Part shown: in pieces, positions 12,701 through 24,168 of the stretch
How the letters are laid out: each line of letters starts with the position of its first letter
How positions within the stretch are numbered: the first letter of the stretch is position 1
Assembly: GCF_964355755.1 (NCBI RefSeq)
Contig: NC_092679.1
Span: 14,057,432-14,121,431, forward strand
Direction of reading: 5' to 3'
Origin: Antedon mediterranea
Taxonomy: Eukaryota > Animalia > Echinodermata
Length of the DNA stretch: 64,000 nucleotides
Program-made: the position numbers and the translations under genes
The notes under the pieces: model-generated
Databases searched by the model: none
Told to the model about the DNA's origin: nothing
Seen by the model: the letters and a program-made list of their open reading frames with translations, nothing else

Positions 12701-15700
12701 CTTACTTATTTTAAGAAATATTTTGCTTGAAACAAGAATTCAAAAAATACAAATCGGAATATTCTTACTTATTTTAAGAAAAAAATTGCTTGAAACAAGA
12801 ATTCAAAAAATACAAATCGGAATATTCTTACTTATTTTAAGAAAAATATTGCTTGAAACAAGAATTCAAAAAATACAAATCGGAATATTCTTACTTATTT
12901 TAAGAAAAATATTGCTTGAAACAAGAATTCAAAAAATAAAAATCGGAATATTCTTACTTATTTTAAGAAATATCTTGCTTGAAACAAGAATTAAAAAAAA
13001 TACAAATCGGAATATTCTTACTTATTTTAAGAAATATATTGCTTGAAACAAGAATTCTATAAAATACAAATCGGAATATTCTTACTTATTTTAAGAAATA
13101 TCTTGCTTGAAACAAGAATTCAAAAAAATACAAATCGGAATATTCTTACTTATTTTAAGAAATATATTGCTTGAAACAAGAATTCTATAAAATACAAATC
13201 GGAATATTCTTACTTATTTTAAGAAATATATTGCTTGAAACAAGAAAACTAAAAATATAAATCGGAATATTCTTACTTATTTTAAGAAAAATATTGCTTG
13301 AAACAAGAATTCTATTTTAAAAAATCGATAAATTGTTACTTATTTTAAGGCAGATACTGCTTAAAACAAGAATGAAAAAAGCAATTAAATTCTTGGTAAG
13401 AATATTGTTCTTAAAGTATTATTTCTTGGTAAGAATAATTTTCTTGATAAGAATTTGTGTGATTCTTGTTAAGAATTTTACGATTCTTGGTAAGCCAAAA
13501 AGTATTGAAATACGGACAAGTCAAAATTTACTTGTTTCAAGAAATATTTTGCTTGAAACAAGTTTTTTTTTTCTTAAAACAAGAATCAGAATTTTGCTGT
13601 GTACCAACCAAAGTTGTTCTGCGTTTAGGGCATGTGATGTACCGTAGGCCTATTCTCTACTGGTTTTACAACGCTACTCATGCCAGTGAGGGAAAGGTGA
13701 TGATGTGGGTGGTTTAACTGCAATAATAAAGATTTGTACATAATATACGACGAGTGAAAACGCTAGCTCATTATCCGTTTAAAAAAAAATTATATCCAAC
13801 CTCTGCAGCACAGATTGAAAACAAAAATGGATCGAATTTCGAGTATACAGTACTGTACTTGCCTTTACGACGCCTGAGGGAATAGACACTTGTGAAACAG
13901 AGATTGGAATGTTCCATTCATCGCAAATCAATACATTTGTATAATCGTATATTAAATCTATCAAAATAGTATTTTTTAAAGAAAATCGGCCTGTCTTCAA
14001 CATTATGATTCTGTACTCTAGCTGTTCAACCAGTTTTCAGCTATTAAAAACAATTATCGTAGGAGGAGATAGGAAAATGCGAAGCCTCCTCGTATTTTTG
14101 TGGCGGGTATTTTTCAAGATTGACATCCATTAGACAGTGTATACCACGATCGGAAAACTCCCCTATTTGGGGCAAATCGTTGAACCTAAATTCGTTTTAA
14201 TCGTCAATAACTAATTACCTAACTCAATTTAATTAGTAAACAGGGTTACATCAGATGGTTAAAATCAGTACCGAAAGTATGAACCAACTTTATATACCAT
14301 CGAGTAGACATTCTAGAAATAAACCGAGATTTACCGAATTTTGCCCTTACGTAAATTTATATATAGATTACTCACATGCTACTTCCGGTTGAGAGTTTGA
14401 AAGTTCCAGTAGATAGTTCTACGACAGATGGTGAAATAAGGCTAAAAAGAATAGAACACAACTTACATCATTAATATTTATTCTAAATTTAAATTGGCCA
14501 TATCAAAGTAATATTAAAGTTATTCACTTTAAGTAAAAAATTCGAGGCAAAAACAACAAGTTTACGTAATTAACAGGTAAATTAATTTGTTTACATTTCG
14601 TCTGGAAAATCTTTACGAGCGAAAGTAAACAAAGATTTCAAACCACGAGTATACATTATGCATGATGCTAATTAGGATTGTTTACAACTCATCGCGGTTG
14701 AGAAGGAGTTTTTACACAGATTGCGAGGAAGTTTTATGATTATGCATACAGAGTAGCCAAACAAGCGCGTTGCATTAATTAGATATGTTTTGATCAAAAA
14801 CTTTGATTGGAAGTCAAAGTTATTTTTTGAACCAAAAAACGTCCGTATTTTGGTTAAATTATTTTTTTTTCAACTCATTTTTGGTGAAAGTTAATAACTA
14901 TTATGATACTTCACTTTTTTTCGAAATACTGTATTAAAAAAATGTTTTGAATTAGTCAAAGGGACAATACATCTTTAATAATAAAGTATTGTGTGTATAG
15001 TTTGGTTTCGCCGAACAACGCCGATATATACTGTACTAGATGGTACGCGAGCGAACTTCATTGGTAATCGTAAAGAGAATACAAATGACGTTTAACTATA
15101 TTATCACAAGTTAATTAAGTTTGTTAGTCTGTAATACTATTCTGCGACTTGTTTACACTTGTGGGTTCACAGAATATAATTTATCATAATAATCTTAAGG
15201 ATATTGTTTAACAACGGCACACTTACTCTTACATGTCAACAGATCGACCATTTGTAAATGCAAACGCATTTTCACCAAGCATTTGAAGTTTCTTGTTATA
15301 CAAAATTCGCCTGAAAAAAAATAGAGGTACTAGTTCGTAGTTCCTTATTAAATTCAAGTAACGGGCAGTCACCATATTTTTTAGATATTTTATTACTTAA
15401 TAACTGTCTAATTGTCTTGACCTCTTCTATTTCTTCTGGTCAAAGTTTAATTTAAGCATTTACGTCCTCTATGGTGAATAAGTAACTAGCTTTACAAAGA
15501 CAAAACACACATGACCTACCTAATGTTTCAAAATATGTTGGTATGGATCGATGAACCTTGACCTACTCTACCTTTGCTACCCTAATTCCGCAAACTTTTT
15601 TTTGCATCTAACCACCTCCCCCCCCCCCCCCACACCCGCCCACACGAATAATTAATTAGCTTTACGAAGGTTATAACAGTTGACCTACTTCTTTATTTCA

Positions 15701-18700
15701 AAATTGTAAAAGTTTAAAATTAGATTGCGCATCTTTTACCATAATATGTTTCATATCTTTGACTTTATTATTCCATATTTTGTCCCATACCATAGTCTTA
15801 TTTAAAAACTCTGTTTCCCATTTTACTTGGGAGACTGGCACTGTCGTGACCTTTGACTTACTCTAGTATTTGCTATCCTATTTCCGCATAGTTGTTTGCT
15901 ACGCCCTCTACGCCGAATAAGTAGCTAGCCTTTACGAACGTTATAACACTTGATCTACTTAAGTGTAATATTGTAACAAAAATTTAAAACTTACAAAGCT
16001 GATAATTCGCTGTTGTTTGCAAAAGTAAAAGGTTCAATGATATTTATATCATTAGATGACAGGTCTCTGAAAAAAAAATCATCATTAGTTTTAGAATAAA
16101 TATCTCAAATTATAGAAATTGTTAAATAAGAGTGTGGTAGTCGTGGTAGTGACAGGTGGTACCATAGCAGCAGCAGCGGCGGCAGCAGGAGCAGCAGCAG
16201 AAACAGTACAACAAAGTGACTAGAACGATCGTCAACGTGTATTTTCAGTAACTAAACATGCAGTACATTATTTATCTTATTCATTCGTGTTGTAAAGAAA
16301 AATCACTTAGAGACGCTATAAAATAACACCTGATGATCATCTATATCAAATCAAATATTCTTTTTCATCATCATCGTTATCATCAAAATATAAAGAAAGA
16401 TCAAATAAAGTAAAACATCTCTATGAAGAGATAAAACGGAAACACATCAAAATTCTAAATGATCTTGATACCCCAATAACAAGAAATTATTCAAGCTGTT
16501 GCCGATTATGGTTATAGAAACTGCGCTTAATTATTATATAACTTAAATTTGCATTTAGAAATTAATAATACTTAGTAATCAAATATCGGATTTAAATTCT
16601 CTCATAAATTTGCTAGTGTAATGCTAATAAATTATAAAACAAGCAATAATTTAAATGATTTTGTCATCGTTAAGTTTTGTCACTAAAATGATCGACTATT
16701 AACTGCTTTTGTTGAATATGTTTCTGAAACATGGCTAAAACTATAAAGACATTTTACTATATTCAGTCGGTGAAACAACAATGTCTTTTCAGGTTTAAGT
16801 GTATCATGCAGGAATTGCATTCTTTGACTATAATGGTATAAAAGTTGCTCGGACACGTGCATTAACAGAACCGTATAATCATCAAATAAGCACATGTTTC
16901 GTCATCAAGGGTGATTTCAACCAAATAATTACTGTTTTGTAATAACTGTATAAATAATTATATTATAACAATGTAATTGGTGGTTTCATTTAGCAACAAA
17001 TAAACAGAACAAAACGCAATGACCAATTTGGATGATCCAAAGACGTATACACTGCTGATGCATTTGTACCACTCTTACATACAGCAGCAGCAATGGCAGC
17101 AAAAAACAACAGAAGAAACAGAAGTTGCAGCATCGGCAAGAGAAGCATCGGCAGCAGCAGAAAAAGTTTTTAAGGTAACAATTGAACTTACAAGTTAGTT
17201 ATCACGGTGGATCCTTGAAATGTGGTATTTCTCAGTATAGTTATTTTGTTGTTGGTCAGGCTTCTATTATGAAAACAAAAATGATGTCACTACTTAGGAT
17301 ACTTTATTAAATGCGATTGTATAATAGTAACTTCGTTTTATCATTTTCTATGCTTTATTCATTGACTGTTAAATCTTCAGAAATACGTTTTATTGTTGTT
17401 ATTGTTTTAAACCGCAGTGCCGTCCAGTTGTAATAATAGTGAGACTTTTCATCGCGACGGTAAAAGAAAAGAGACGGTAATTTAATTTATAGAGTCTGGT
17501 GCTAAATGCCTTCGAAACAAAAGCAACAACGGTTAGCCTCCTCTAGGCTTAGGCCCCTGATCCTATGCATGCAAGCTCGGTTGAGCAGGTTCTGCGTTAG
17601 TCAGGCTAGGTATTCGATTAGCAAATTTAAAAATATGAACTAAAAAACACATAATCAAAAACGGAGTTTAAAAAAAAATAAATCTAGAAGAATCAAAATG
17701 AATTTACATCCTACACATACTATATATACACATATGATGTTTTTGTTATGAAAATAAACAACTTGTGCCTATCATGTATACATTTGCTTTGCTTATGGTT
17801 TAACAGTTTCAGAAATACGTCAACTGTGCTTCGTCTGGTTGAATTTTAAGACCGATCTTTAGATCGGCTAAATACAATGAACGGAATGTATGCCACCTAC
17901 TTTCGTTAATTTACCGTCTCGAAGCAAAAGCTCACTACTAAAAGTTAGTTCTACACACGTAAAAGAACATTTTCAAATTATATTGTCAACTTACAAAATA
18001 CGAAGAAATGGAAGATCATTAAAAACTGTTGATATGTCTGTCAGCAAATTTTTGTCTGCATGTCTGAAATGTTTAGATAAATTAAAATTATTATTTATAA
18101 CTAAATATAACTCAATACATTACATAGTGTATCTTTTAATGTATGCGTATCATTGCTATTGAGTTCTGCGTTGCTGACGTCACGACGGTAGATGGCGCTG
18201 CGTGGACGGTATGTACAGAGCCATATACTGTATATAAAGAGTTACGACATTGGATTATAGTCACGTGATATGCAGATCAATTTGTCTCCGTTAATTCATG
18301 TAAAGTATAGGAGCAAGAAAATACTTTAAACATTTTCTTATATTTAAAAAAAAAATGTAATTGCACATTTTACGGTGAAATATCGATGTGCACAGCGTAC
18401 AGAAGTACTTGCGGCAAAGAATATTGCGCGCGCGTGCGCTAGTACATTATAAAGATCGATTGATTGATTTTGGAACGAAACATCCCATAACTACGTCCTA
18501 TTAATAACAATTATGTAATATTTTCAATTCATAATGCATGATTTGATGACTAAATAAAATAATAAAGTATCGTGGATATATTTGTTAATATATTGAATAG
18601 GGTATGAACAATATTAAAATAATAAAGGCAAATTATTACAAATGAAATAATGAACGAGTCTCTGAAAGTTAGTATTAAAACACACGGAGAGCATATACTG

Positions 18701-21700
18701 TATAAAAAGAGGGGTGAATTTGTATTGGTTCATGCTTTGATGTATCCTGACTTGCATGTAGGCCCTAGCATATATTATTTTGTTATTATAGACACAATAT
18801 ATATATGTTAGCAAATTAATACCATTAATAAAATTAATTACTAAAACAAAAAAGGAATATAAGCGTTATTTCATAGACAAAAAAATCTAAAAATAATGCA
18901 TGAACTACAGGAAAACGCTATACAAAATAGACGCGCGCGCCCTCAGCGTGCGAATTCTTTGACACAAAAATGGCTTCTAATTTTCAATGTCGTAACTCTT
19001 TATATATATGGCTCTGGGTATGTAGCGCTGCGTAGTTGCTAGCCAAACAAAAAATGCGTTCAACCTGCCTGAGTGACTCCAACGTCACCAACGGTTGGAA
19101 TAGGCTTCAAAAGATCACTAATTATTTGTAATAATAATAATAATAATAATCTATTTATTCTTCAACTAAAGTTTAAGTCTAAAAAAGTCAAGCAAGATAC
19201 ATAATTTGATAGAAATACAGATATCTATAGTTTATGAACATAGTAGCGGTGAACGCATTTTTGGTTGCGCTTGCAACCACGGAGCCATCTATCGTTGTGA
19301 CGTCACACCGCAGAACTCTATTACCTGCTTGCAAATCACACTTAATAATTTGGAATCTGGATGGATTAGAATAAACGTTCACATCCTAAAACAGAGAGTA
19401 GGCCTAATAGTAATAGGGAATATTTAACCCGAAGTGTTGCAACAAAATACGAGTATTATTTCAAAAGAAATAGAAAAGAAGGTTTTGCAGGGCTGTGGTG
19501 TAACTATTGTATTTTGAATGAATATTGTAAAACGGACATAACGTCAACTAATTTGATATAATATGACAGTGATCATATGATTAAACTAATTAGTAACAGT
19601 AAGAATTTAATAAACATAACAGACTTACATATTACCAATTGTCTTCGGCAAGCTTGGTAATTTACTAAGTAAATTGTTATTAACATTTCTGTCAACAATT
19701 AAGATATAAATAAACAAAATGTAATGAAGATCAATGCAATGCAACATCTTTATAGCAATACTTTAATTTAGTTACGTCTTGCCACATGACAAAGTTATTT
19801 TCACCAATAGGCCTACAATTATGTCGCCTTTTATATCGGTGAAATATAAGATGGTGATTCGCGAACATATAATCCTTCGGGAATGTTAAATCTCAAATTA
19901 GCCTAGGCCTATATTAATACTAAATGTTAATATACATTTTATACACTTCTTTAAGTTGCATATGTTGTGTGAAGACCGGCTTACTCCGTATAGATCATAC
20001 ATAGCATGAGTTGTTAGTATAAGGCTAGTCTATAGCCATAGAACAAGACCATAATACATGGCTGCAGTTGCGTGCTCAAGTTAGTGTTTACCGATCAACC
20101 GACCGACATAGTGAGCCAAAAGGATGTCTTTTCTAATTGTTGTGAAATATGAGATTTTGGTATTATATTTGAAATAAATTTTAAAACCTATCCATAACCA
20201 AAATCCGGATAAAAAAATTATTTAATGTATAAGTGAATAACTTTATCATAAGTACAAATTGGCCTATTCAAAATGTGATGACATTCATCTGCATTTTGTT
20301 CATGTTTGGAGAACAATACATGTTCAAAGTTTTGCCTTATCATTCTTAAGCCTACTTTCAACAATTTATCGAATGATATTTCATTTTAACCCAAATTAAT
20401 ATTATCATCTGTACTGTAGCTTGCTTGCATTTATGTAAAAGATTACTTACATGGTGCCAAGTTTATGTAGCTTTGACAAAGCATCTTCGTCGATTTCCTT
20501 CAGGTTATTATTGTTCATGTAACTATAAAAAAAATTGTGCTATGGTGAACAAAACATTGTAAACATACTAAACAACGTAAGGAATTTGCACGTAAAATGC
20601 TAGTTTTTATTCCTTAAACACAACATCATCTAGCTAGTTAATCTATATTGATCGTTCGTATTGCTAAATTCGAAAATACTGCTTTGTTCTGCATGCACAC
20701 ATTATTAATACTAGAGCGTGAACTCGCTTCGCTCGCTCCCTCTCTAGGACTGTAGACGATGGTCCTCGGAATGATAATGACTCGGTAAAGAGGTTTCAGA
20801 AGGACATTCTTGCCTGAACGTTTTCGGTCGGTTACCATTATTGAAATGCTTGATATTCGTAAAACTAAACCTACTTAGTCACCAACCTGTTTCACAGTGT
20901 CGTAGATGATTAATAGCGTTTTACGTATAGTGTTAATTGTTTGGTAGGGCCCTTATAGTGTGGATGTGGGGAGGCGGAGTTAATTTGAGGGAGGTACTTA
21001 TTTGAGGGATACGTAAATTTTTTTAGTTTTAATAATATGGTACATTTACAAATAAAATCCTCTAGTAAATATGAAAAGTGGTAAAAAGGAATTACAAATG
21101 CTTGGTAAATTGTAGATAACAGTCCAATGAAATCTACTAAAAATAGTATAATTGTGTTATAAATATAATACAATATAATGTGTATAAATGTGGATGGGCG
21201 TTTATTAGATGGTAGTTGGGGGTGGGGGTGTTGCGGCGTGGTAATTATCAATTGATGTTTTATTGGGGAGGTGTTCCGGGCGTTTATTTAAATAAATACC
21301 ATCCTAATTGGTATAATCAATACATTATTCCGCGATAGTGAGCCGTTTTGGCCTAAGAATGCAGACGTTTTAGACGGCTTGCAACATGGGCATAAGTATC
21401 CCAGGATCCTAACGGGACACAGATAGCGCACAGTATTTATAAAGTCTTGGCAGGTTACTCAAAAACTCGGCTATCGGGGTTTCATTCGATTTCAAACGTA
21501 GCTTTAACATTGCAATGTGAAACTTACAGAATGATTATGTCTAATGGAATTCCAACCGGCCATTCATTGAGTCCACGGTTTGCACAGTCGACGGTTATTT
21601 CTGTACATTCACAAACTGCATTCACATTAGTATCATTACTACATGCAACTTCAATACCGATTGATAAATCCACCGATAAAAACAACAGGCAGCATATCAA

Positions 21701-21724
21701 GGATGTAGAGTCCATTTTCAACAT
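792..21724 (-). CDS. Multi-exon leucine-rich-repeat protein (signal peptide, LRRNT, >=10 LRRs); secreted or receptor ectodomain; 3' end not found in window
   Basis: Exons with GT/AG ends, all phase 2, internal ones multiples of 3: 21724-21528 (MLKMDSTSLICCLLFLSVDLSIG..CECTEITVDCANRGLNEWPVGIP), 20522-20451 (YMNNNNLKEIDEDALSKLHKLGT), 19688-19629 (NVNNNLLSKLPSLPKTIGN), 18063-17995 (HADKNLLTDISTVFNDLPFLRI), 17263-17192 (SLTNNKITILRNTTFQGSTVITN), 16066-15995 (DLSSNDINIIEPFTFANNSELSA), 15310-15233 (RILYNKKLQMLGENAFAFTNGRSVD), 14441-14376 (LISPSVVELSTGTFKLSTGSS), 2214-2146 (YLANNKLRSIPSKAFQGGDILM), 1365-1294 (KLADNNISFIHKDAFVALDSIFL), 854-792 (HLAYNRLTEIPIFRGNIYGT). One LRR per 60-78-nt phase-2 exon is the classic animal extracellular LRR layout. 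Confidence 0.88.
1437..1578 (+). mobile_element. Short Helentron/DINE-1-like (HINE) element
   Basis: ACGCGACTCTATAGTTCACTATGTCGG + (GTCG/GTCT)n microsatellite + ATATGGCCTTGTT end, shared with the longer copies at 23338 and in the array. Confidence 0.7.
2251..2597. repeat. Direct tandem duplication, 2 x ~172 bp
   Basis: TAAATATGACCC(T)GAAGTTACTTTAGAGATG... starts at 2251 and again at ~2423, near identical. Confidence 0.9.
3285..5285 (-). mobile_element. 5'-truncated, frameshifted CR1/L2-group LINE (reverse transcriptase and C-terminal region)
   Basis: ORF 3671-4648 has GVPQGSILGPLLFLIYIND and FADDS motifs. Upstream frames give KSPGLDDIS and NYRPISLL. A 3' UTR stem-loop (~3390-3408) and a (TTGAA)n tail lie at 3285-3305. 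Confidence 0.93.
5989..6026 (+). repeat. Hairpin terminus of a putative Helitron-type non-autonomous repeat
   Basis: CTAGATGGTACGC-TCGCTTCGCTC-GCGTACCATCTAG perfect 13-bp stem. Related starts occur at ~15036 (ACTAGATGGTACGCGAGCGAA) and ~20710 (ACTAGAGCGTGAACTCGCTTCGCTCGC). Confidence 0.4.
6700..8220. repeat. Left subterminal tandem array (~102-bp unit in 7480-8220, longer composite units before)
   Basis: TTTGAGAAATGTTTTACTTAAAATAAGAAGTCAATATC... recurs at 7481, 7583, 7685 etc. Rich in CTTAAAATAAG/CTTGAATCAAG-type motifs. Confidence 0.9.
8222..9229 (-). pseudogene. 5' remnant of an EnSpm/CMC-type transposase (C2H2 zinc finger N-terminus), frameshifted and truncated
   Basis: Reverse strand reads YLLRHYNSIHGNTPNFRVTCGIGG/(frameshift)CPASFGIYNSFYKHVIRRH (C..C-x12-H-x4-H), then ADFFLLKLKERNKIPQ|intron 8657-8335 (GT..AG)|VAVQSIIQSTNSLI. 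From recall this resembles the N-terminus of animal EnSpm transposases. No catalytic domain remains. Confidence 0.7.
9543..11633 (+). pseudogene. Decayed spliced accessory gene of the transposon (SAMD3-C-terminus-like motif)
   Basis: Exon-like blocks 9543-9609 (MSKEDALLKIREIDEEVANILT), 10143-10300, ~10678-10762 and 11318-11633. The last reads MPVLLLDTEMAYIKV*QTILTTKKAKLDEALVTLLSTFYLLDFDYPK*KEVGLTIL*QLVICDE with in-frame stops. The A..LL..FY..D..YP...L..LQ pattern resembles, from recall, accessory ORFs of animal CMC elements and SAMD3-like proteins. Confidence 0.55.
12071..13330. repeat. Right subterminal minisatellite, ~20 x 63 bp
   Basis: Unit TTGCTTGAAACAAGAATTCAAAAAATACAAATCGGAATATTCTTACTTATTTTAAGAAAAATA, seen as a 21-aa periodicity in the spurious ORFs. 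Confidence 0.95.
18216..19016. mobile_element. ~800-bp MITE with 8-bp TSD (hAT or P superfamily)
   Basis: TIRs CAGAGCCATATA(CTGTA)TATAAAGAGTTACGACATTG and CAATGTCGTAACTCTTTATATATATGGCTCTG. Exact TSD GGTATGTA at 18208-18215 and 19017-19024. Confidence 0.9.
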
Positions 21725-22414
21725 GTTTGCAAAATAAATGTGACAACCTAACCTATTAAATATTGCGTTTATTTTAGAAACGTCACTGTGATGCAAAATC
21801 TGGTTTGATATTGAAATAAAATCATGATTGTTTCGTAAATTCTACAGATTGTATAAGCATTTCCAACTGAGTTGGTATCAACAAAAGAAGTTCCGGATTC
21901 GGGTCGTGACATTAGTGTTCTTTCACTTTACTTCTTTTCATTATACAGTACCTGTTTTGTCATAACATCCTTAGTATGTATATCATTTTTTATTTCCTTG
22001 TGGTTGTCAAGTTTTAAATATATCTATCGATTTTATTGCTTACAATCGATGACATCTTGCCCACATCTGCAAAAAAAGTCTTATCATTTGCTCACCAAGG
22101 TCGCCTTTTCCATTAGACACAACTAGAATTTACGAACAAAATTGTATTTTAACCCTTTGAAGACGCAATATTTCTATCCCAAGTGACTGAGCTTAAATAA
22201 GGTATTAAGTTTCGTCGGTAAAAGATTAGTAAAAGCTAGTAGATTCCGAAAATTCCCTGTTAATGGCTCTTCCAACAAACTTTCTTACTCTTACTTCTTG
22301 AATCGGAGGTATCTCTGGCGGGAATTTAATAAGTCATAGAGAATGATATAAACCATAACACGATTGGTTAATTAATAGCGTGACAATCGTTTCCTGGTTA
22401 TGACGTGATACTTA

Positions 22415-22601
22415 AGCCTGTTTTCCTGTCGAAGTTATTCGACGCTATCGTCGTTGATCGTTAAAAGTTCAACGACGAAGTTGAAATGATGACAATAGCG
22501 AGTACCATTTCCTGTAAATCGTTAACATTTCAATTTTTACGTAGAAGATCACCGATTATTGTTAACGATAGCGTCGAATAACGTCGACAGGAAAACAAGC
22601 T
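22415..22601. mobile_element. Small palindromic MITE (possibly PIF/Harbinger-like)
   Basis: ~35-bp imperfect TIR: AGCCTGTTTTCCTGTCGAAGTTATTCGACGCTATCGT and ACGATAGCGTCGAATAACGTCGACAGGAAAACAAGCT. TSD not clean. Confidence 0.65.
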
Positions 22602-23245
22602 TTGGTTGTCTTGGTTTATCAGGGTTTATGTATGGATTATTAATTTTGTTTGTCTTTTATTAATTTACAAATCATTTATACAACCACATATCATGTATGG
22701 CATTGAGATTTGGGAAGCACTTATTCATCGTATTTACAACCTATCTTTTTACTTCAGAAAATGGCAGTGAGAGCAATTTCTTTTAGTGACTTTACCTCCC
22801 ATTCTCAACCTTTATTTAAACAATTTAATTTGCTAGATGTATTTAAGTTAAACAAATTATGTATTTCCTTATTCATGTTTGATCTGTATCACGATAAATT
22901 GCCTCATGATCTAAACGAATATGTAACACTTATCACCCATTCACATGAAACTAGACAAAAATGTAAGAGAAATCTATACAAACCTAAGGCAAATAGTACA
23001 TCCGGCCAATTTTCCATTACCTGTATAGGCACGAAAATATGGAACGAAATACCAATACAAGTCCGTGAAATTAAATATAGGAAACATTTTAAAACCAAAG
23101 TCATAGAACTCCTGTTCATACAATTTATGAGTAAATGTATGGCATTAATATATACATGTGTGTATGTGGACGTGTATGTATATATAATTGAAACGGAATG
23201 ATGTATGTGTGTATGTATGTATATATATATATAATTTACAGTATG

Positions 23246-23248
<3 letters not shown>

Positions 23249-23328
<80 letters not shown>
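23249..23328. repeat. (TA)n microsatellite
   Basis: ~40 uninterrupted TA units. Confidence 0.98.
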
Positions 23329-23332
<4 letters not shown>

Positions 23333-23337
23333 TATTA

Positions 23338-23383
23338 TTAGTCGCGTGGAAGCGACTCTATAGTTCACTATGTCGGTCGGTCG

Positions 23384-23414
<31 letters not shown>

Positions 23415-24168
23415 GGTCTGTCTGTCTGTCGGTCTGTCTGTCGGTCTGTCTGTCTGTCGGTCCGGTATCACTATGCGTTTTATCGCTTTATGACCTTATC
23501 TTGATATCAGTTTAATCTAGCTAAGTCAATTTTTCACAGAATATTCCTTATGGCCAGGAATCGATGTGGTTATGTTTTCACGGTGCGCAATAAAAAATTA
23601 CGCGGTCTACGCACGATTTAACGAAATCACGTTTGTAATCATATCTTAACAACCATGAATCACAATTAAATAAAATTTGGTACTCATAAATTTCAGGGCA
23701 TAAATCATCATATGGCAATACAATTACGTGCGTAGCGCATGTAACGCATGCGTAAGCGCGCTTAAAATTTTCAAAATTTATTTTCGATGAAATAAGAGTA
23801 CGTTTCAGGCAATTTTAAGCGTTTACAAAATTGCCATGAGTGCGCAGATTTTTGCGCGCGCACTGCGCGTTAAATGTTCTTCCGCACTCTTTTTGCCCGA
23901 TTTCTGTTTTCTTGACTTACTTTTCAACTCGAAATTACGTTATACGAGCACGTCAAAAGTGACAGGCTACGCACGTGTAAATTAAAAAAATATAAATGTT
24001 TTTAAACATTTCAACATTTTTAAACATGTTCAGTAATTTCGGTCAGTATAGTTCACTATGTCGGTCGATCCGTCTGTCTGTCGGTCTGTCTGTCTGTCGG
24101 TCTGTTTGTCTGTCGGTCCGGTATCACTATGCATTGTAGCACGCGACTTAATGGCTGTTGGCCTTGTT
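23338..24168 (+). mobile_element. Full-length Helentron/DINE-1-like non-autonomous element (~830 bp)
   Basis: 5' TTAGTCGCGTGGAAGCGACT hairpin, two (GTCT/GTCG)n tracts, conserved core and GGCCTTGTT 3' end in a T-rich site. This is the architecture of DINE-1/HINE elements. Confidence 0.8.

Larger units (their letters stand above)
6669..13601. mobile_element. Internally deleted CMC/EnSpm (CACTA-like) DNA transposon, 6.9 kb
   Basis: Terminal inverted repeats CACAGCAAAATT (6669) and AATTTTGCTGTG (ends 13601), flanked by a TA duplication (6667-6668, 13602-13603). Long subterminal repeat arrays and internal remnants of two genes. Confidence 0.85.

Noticed and set aside
12281-13046. 128-aa ORFs with a 21-aa repeat (also 7584-8071)
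   Set aside because: They are translations of the 63-bp and 102-bp subterminal satellites. Frames break at A-run length changes and there is no real start.
12071-13330. Regular repeats as a CRISPR array
   Set aside because: The units are contiguous with no unique spacers, there are no cas genes, and the context is eukaryotic.
22904-23493. ORFs with YI and SVCL repeats (also 40027-40307)
   Set aside because: They are translations of (TA)n and (GTCT)n microsatellites.
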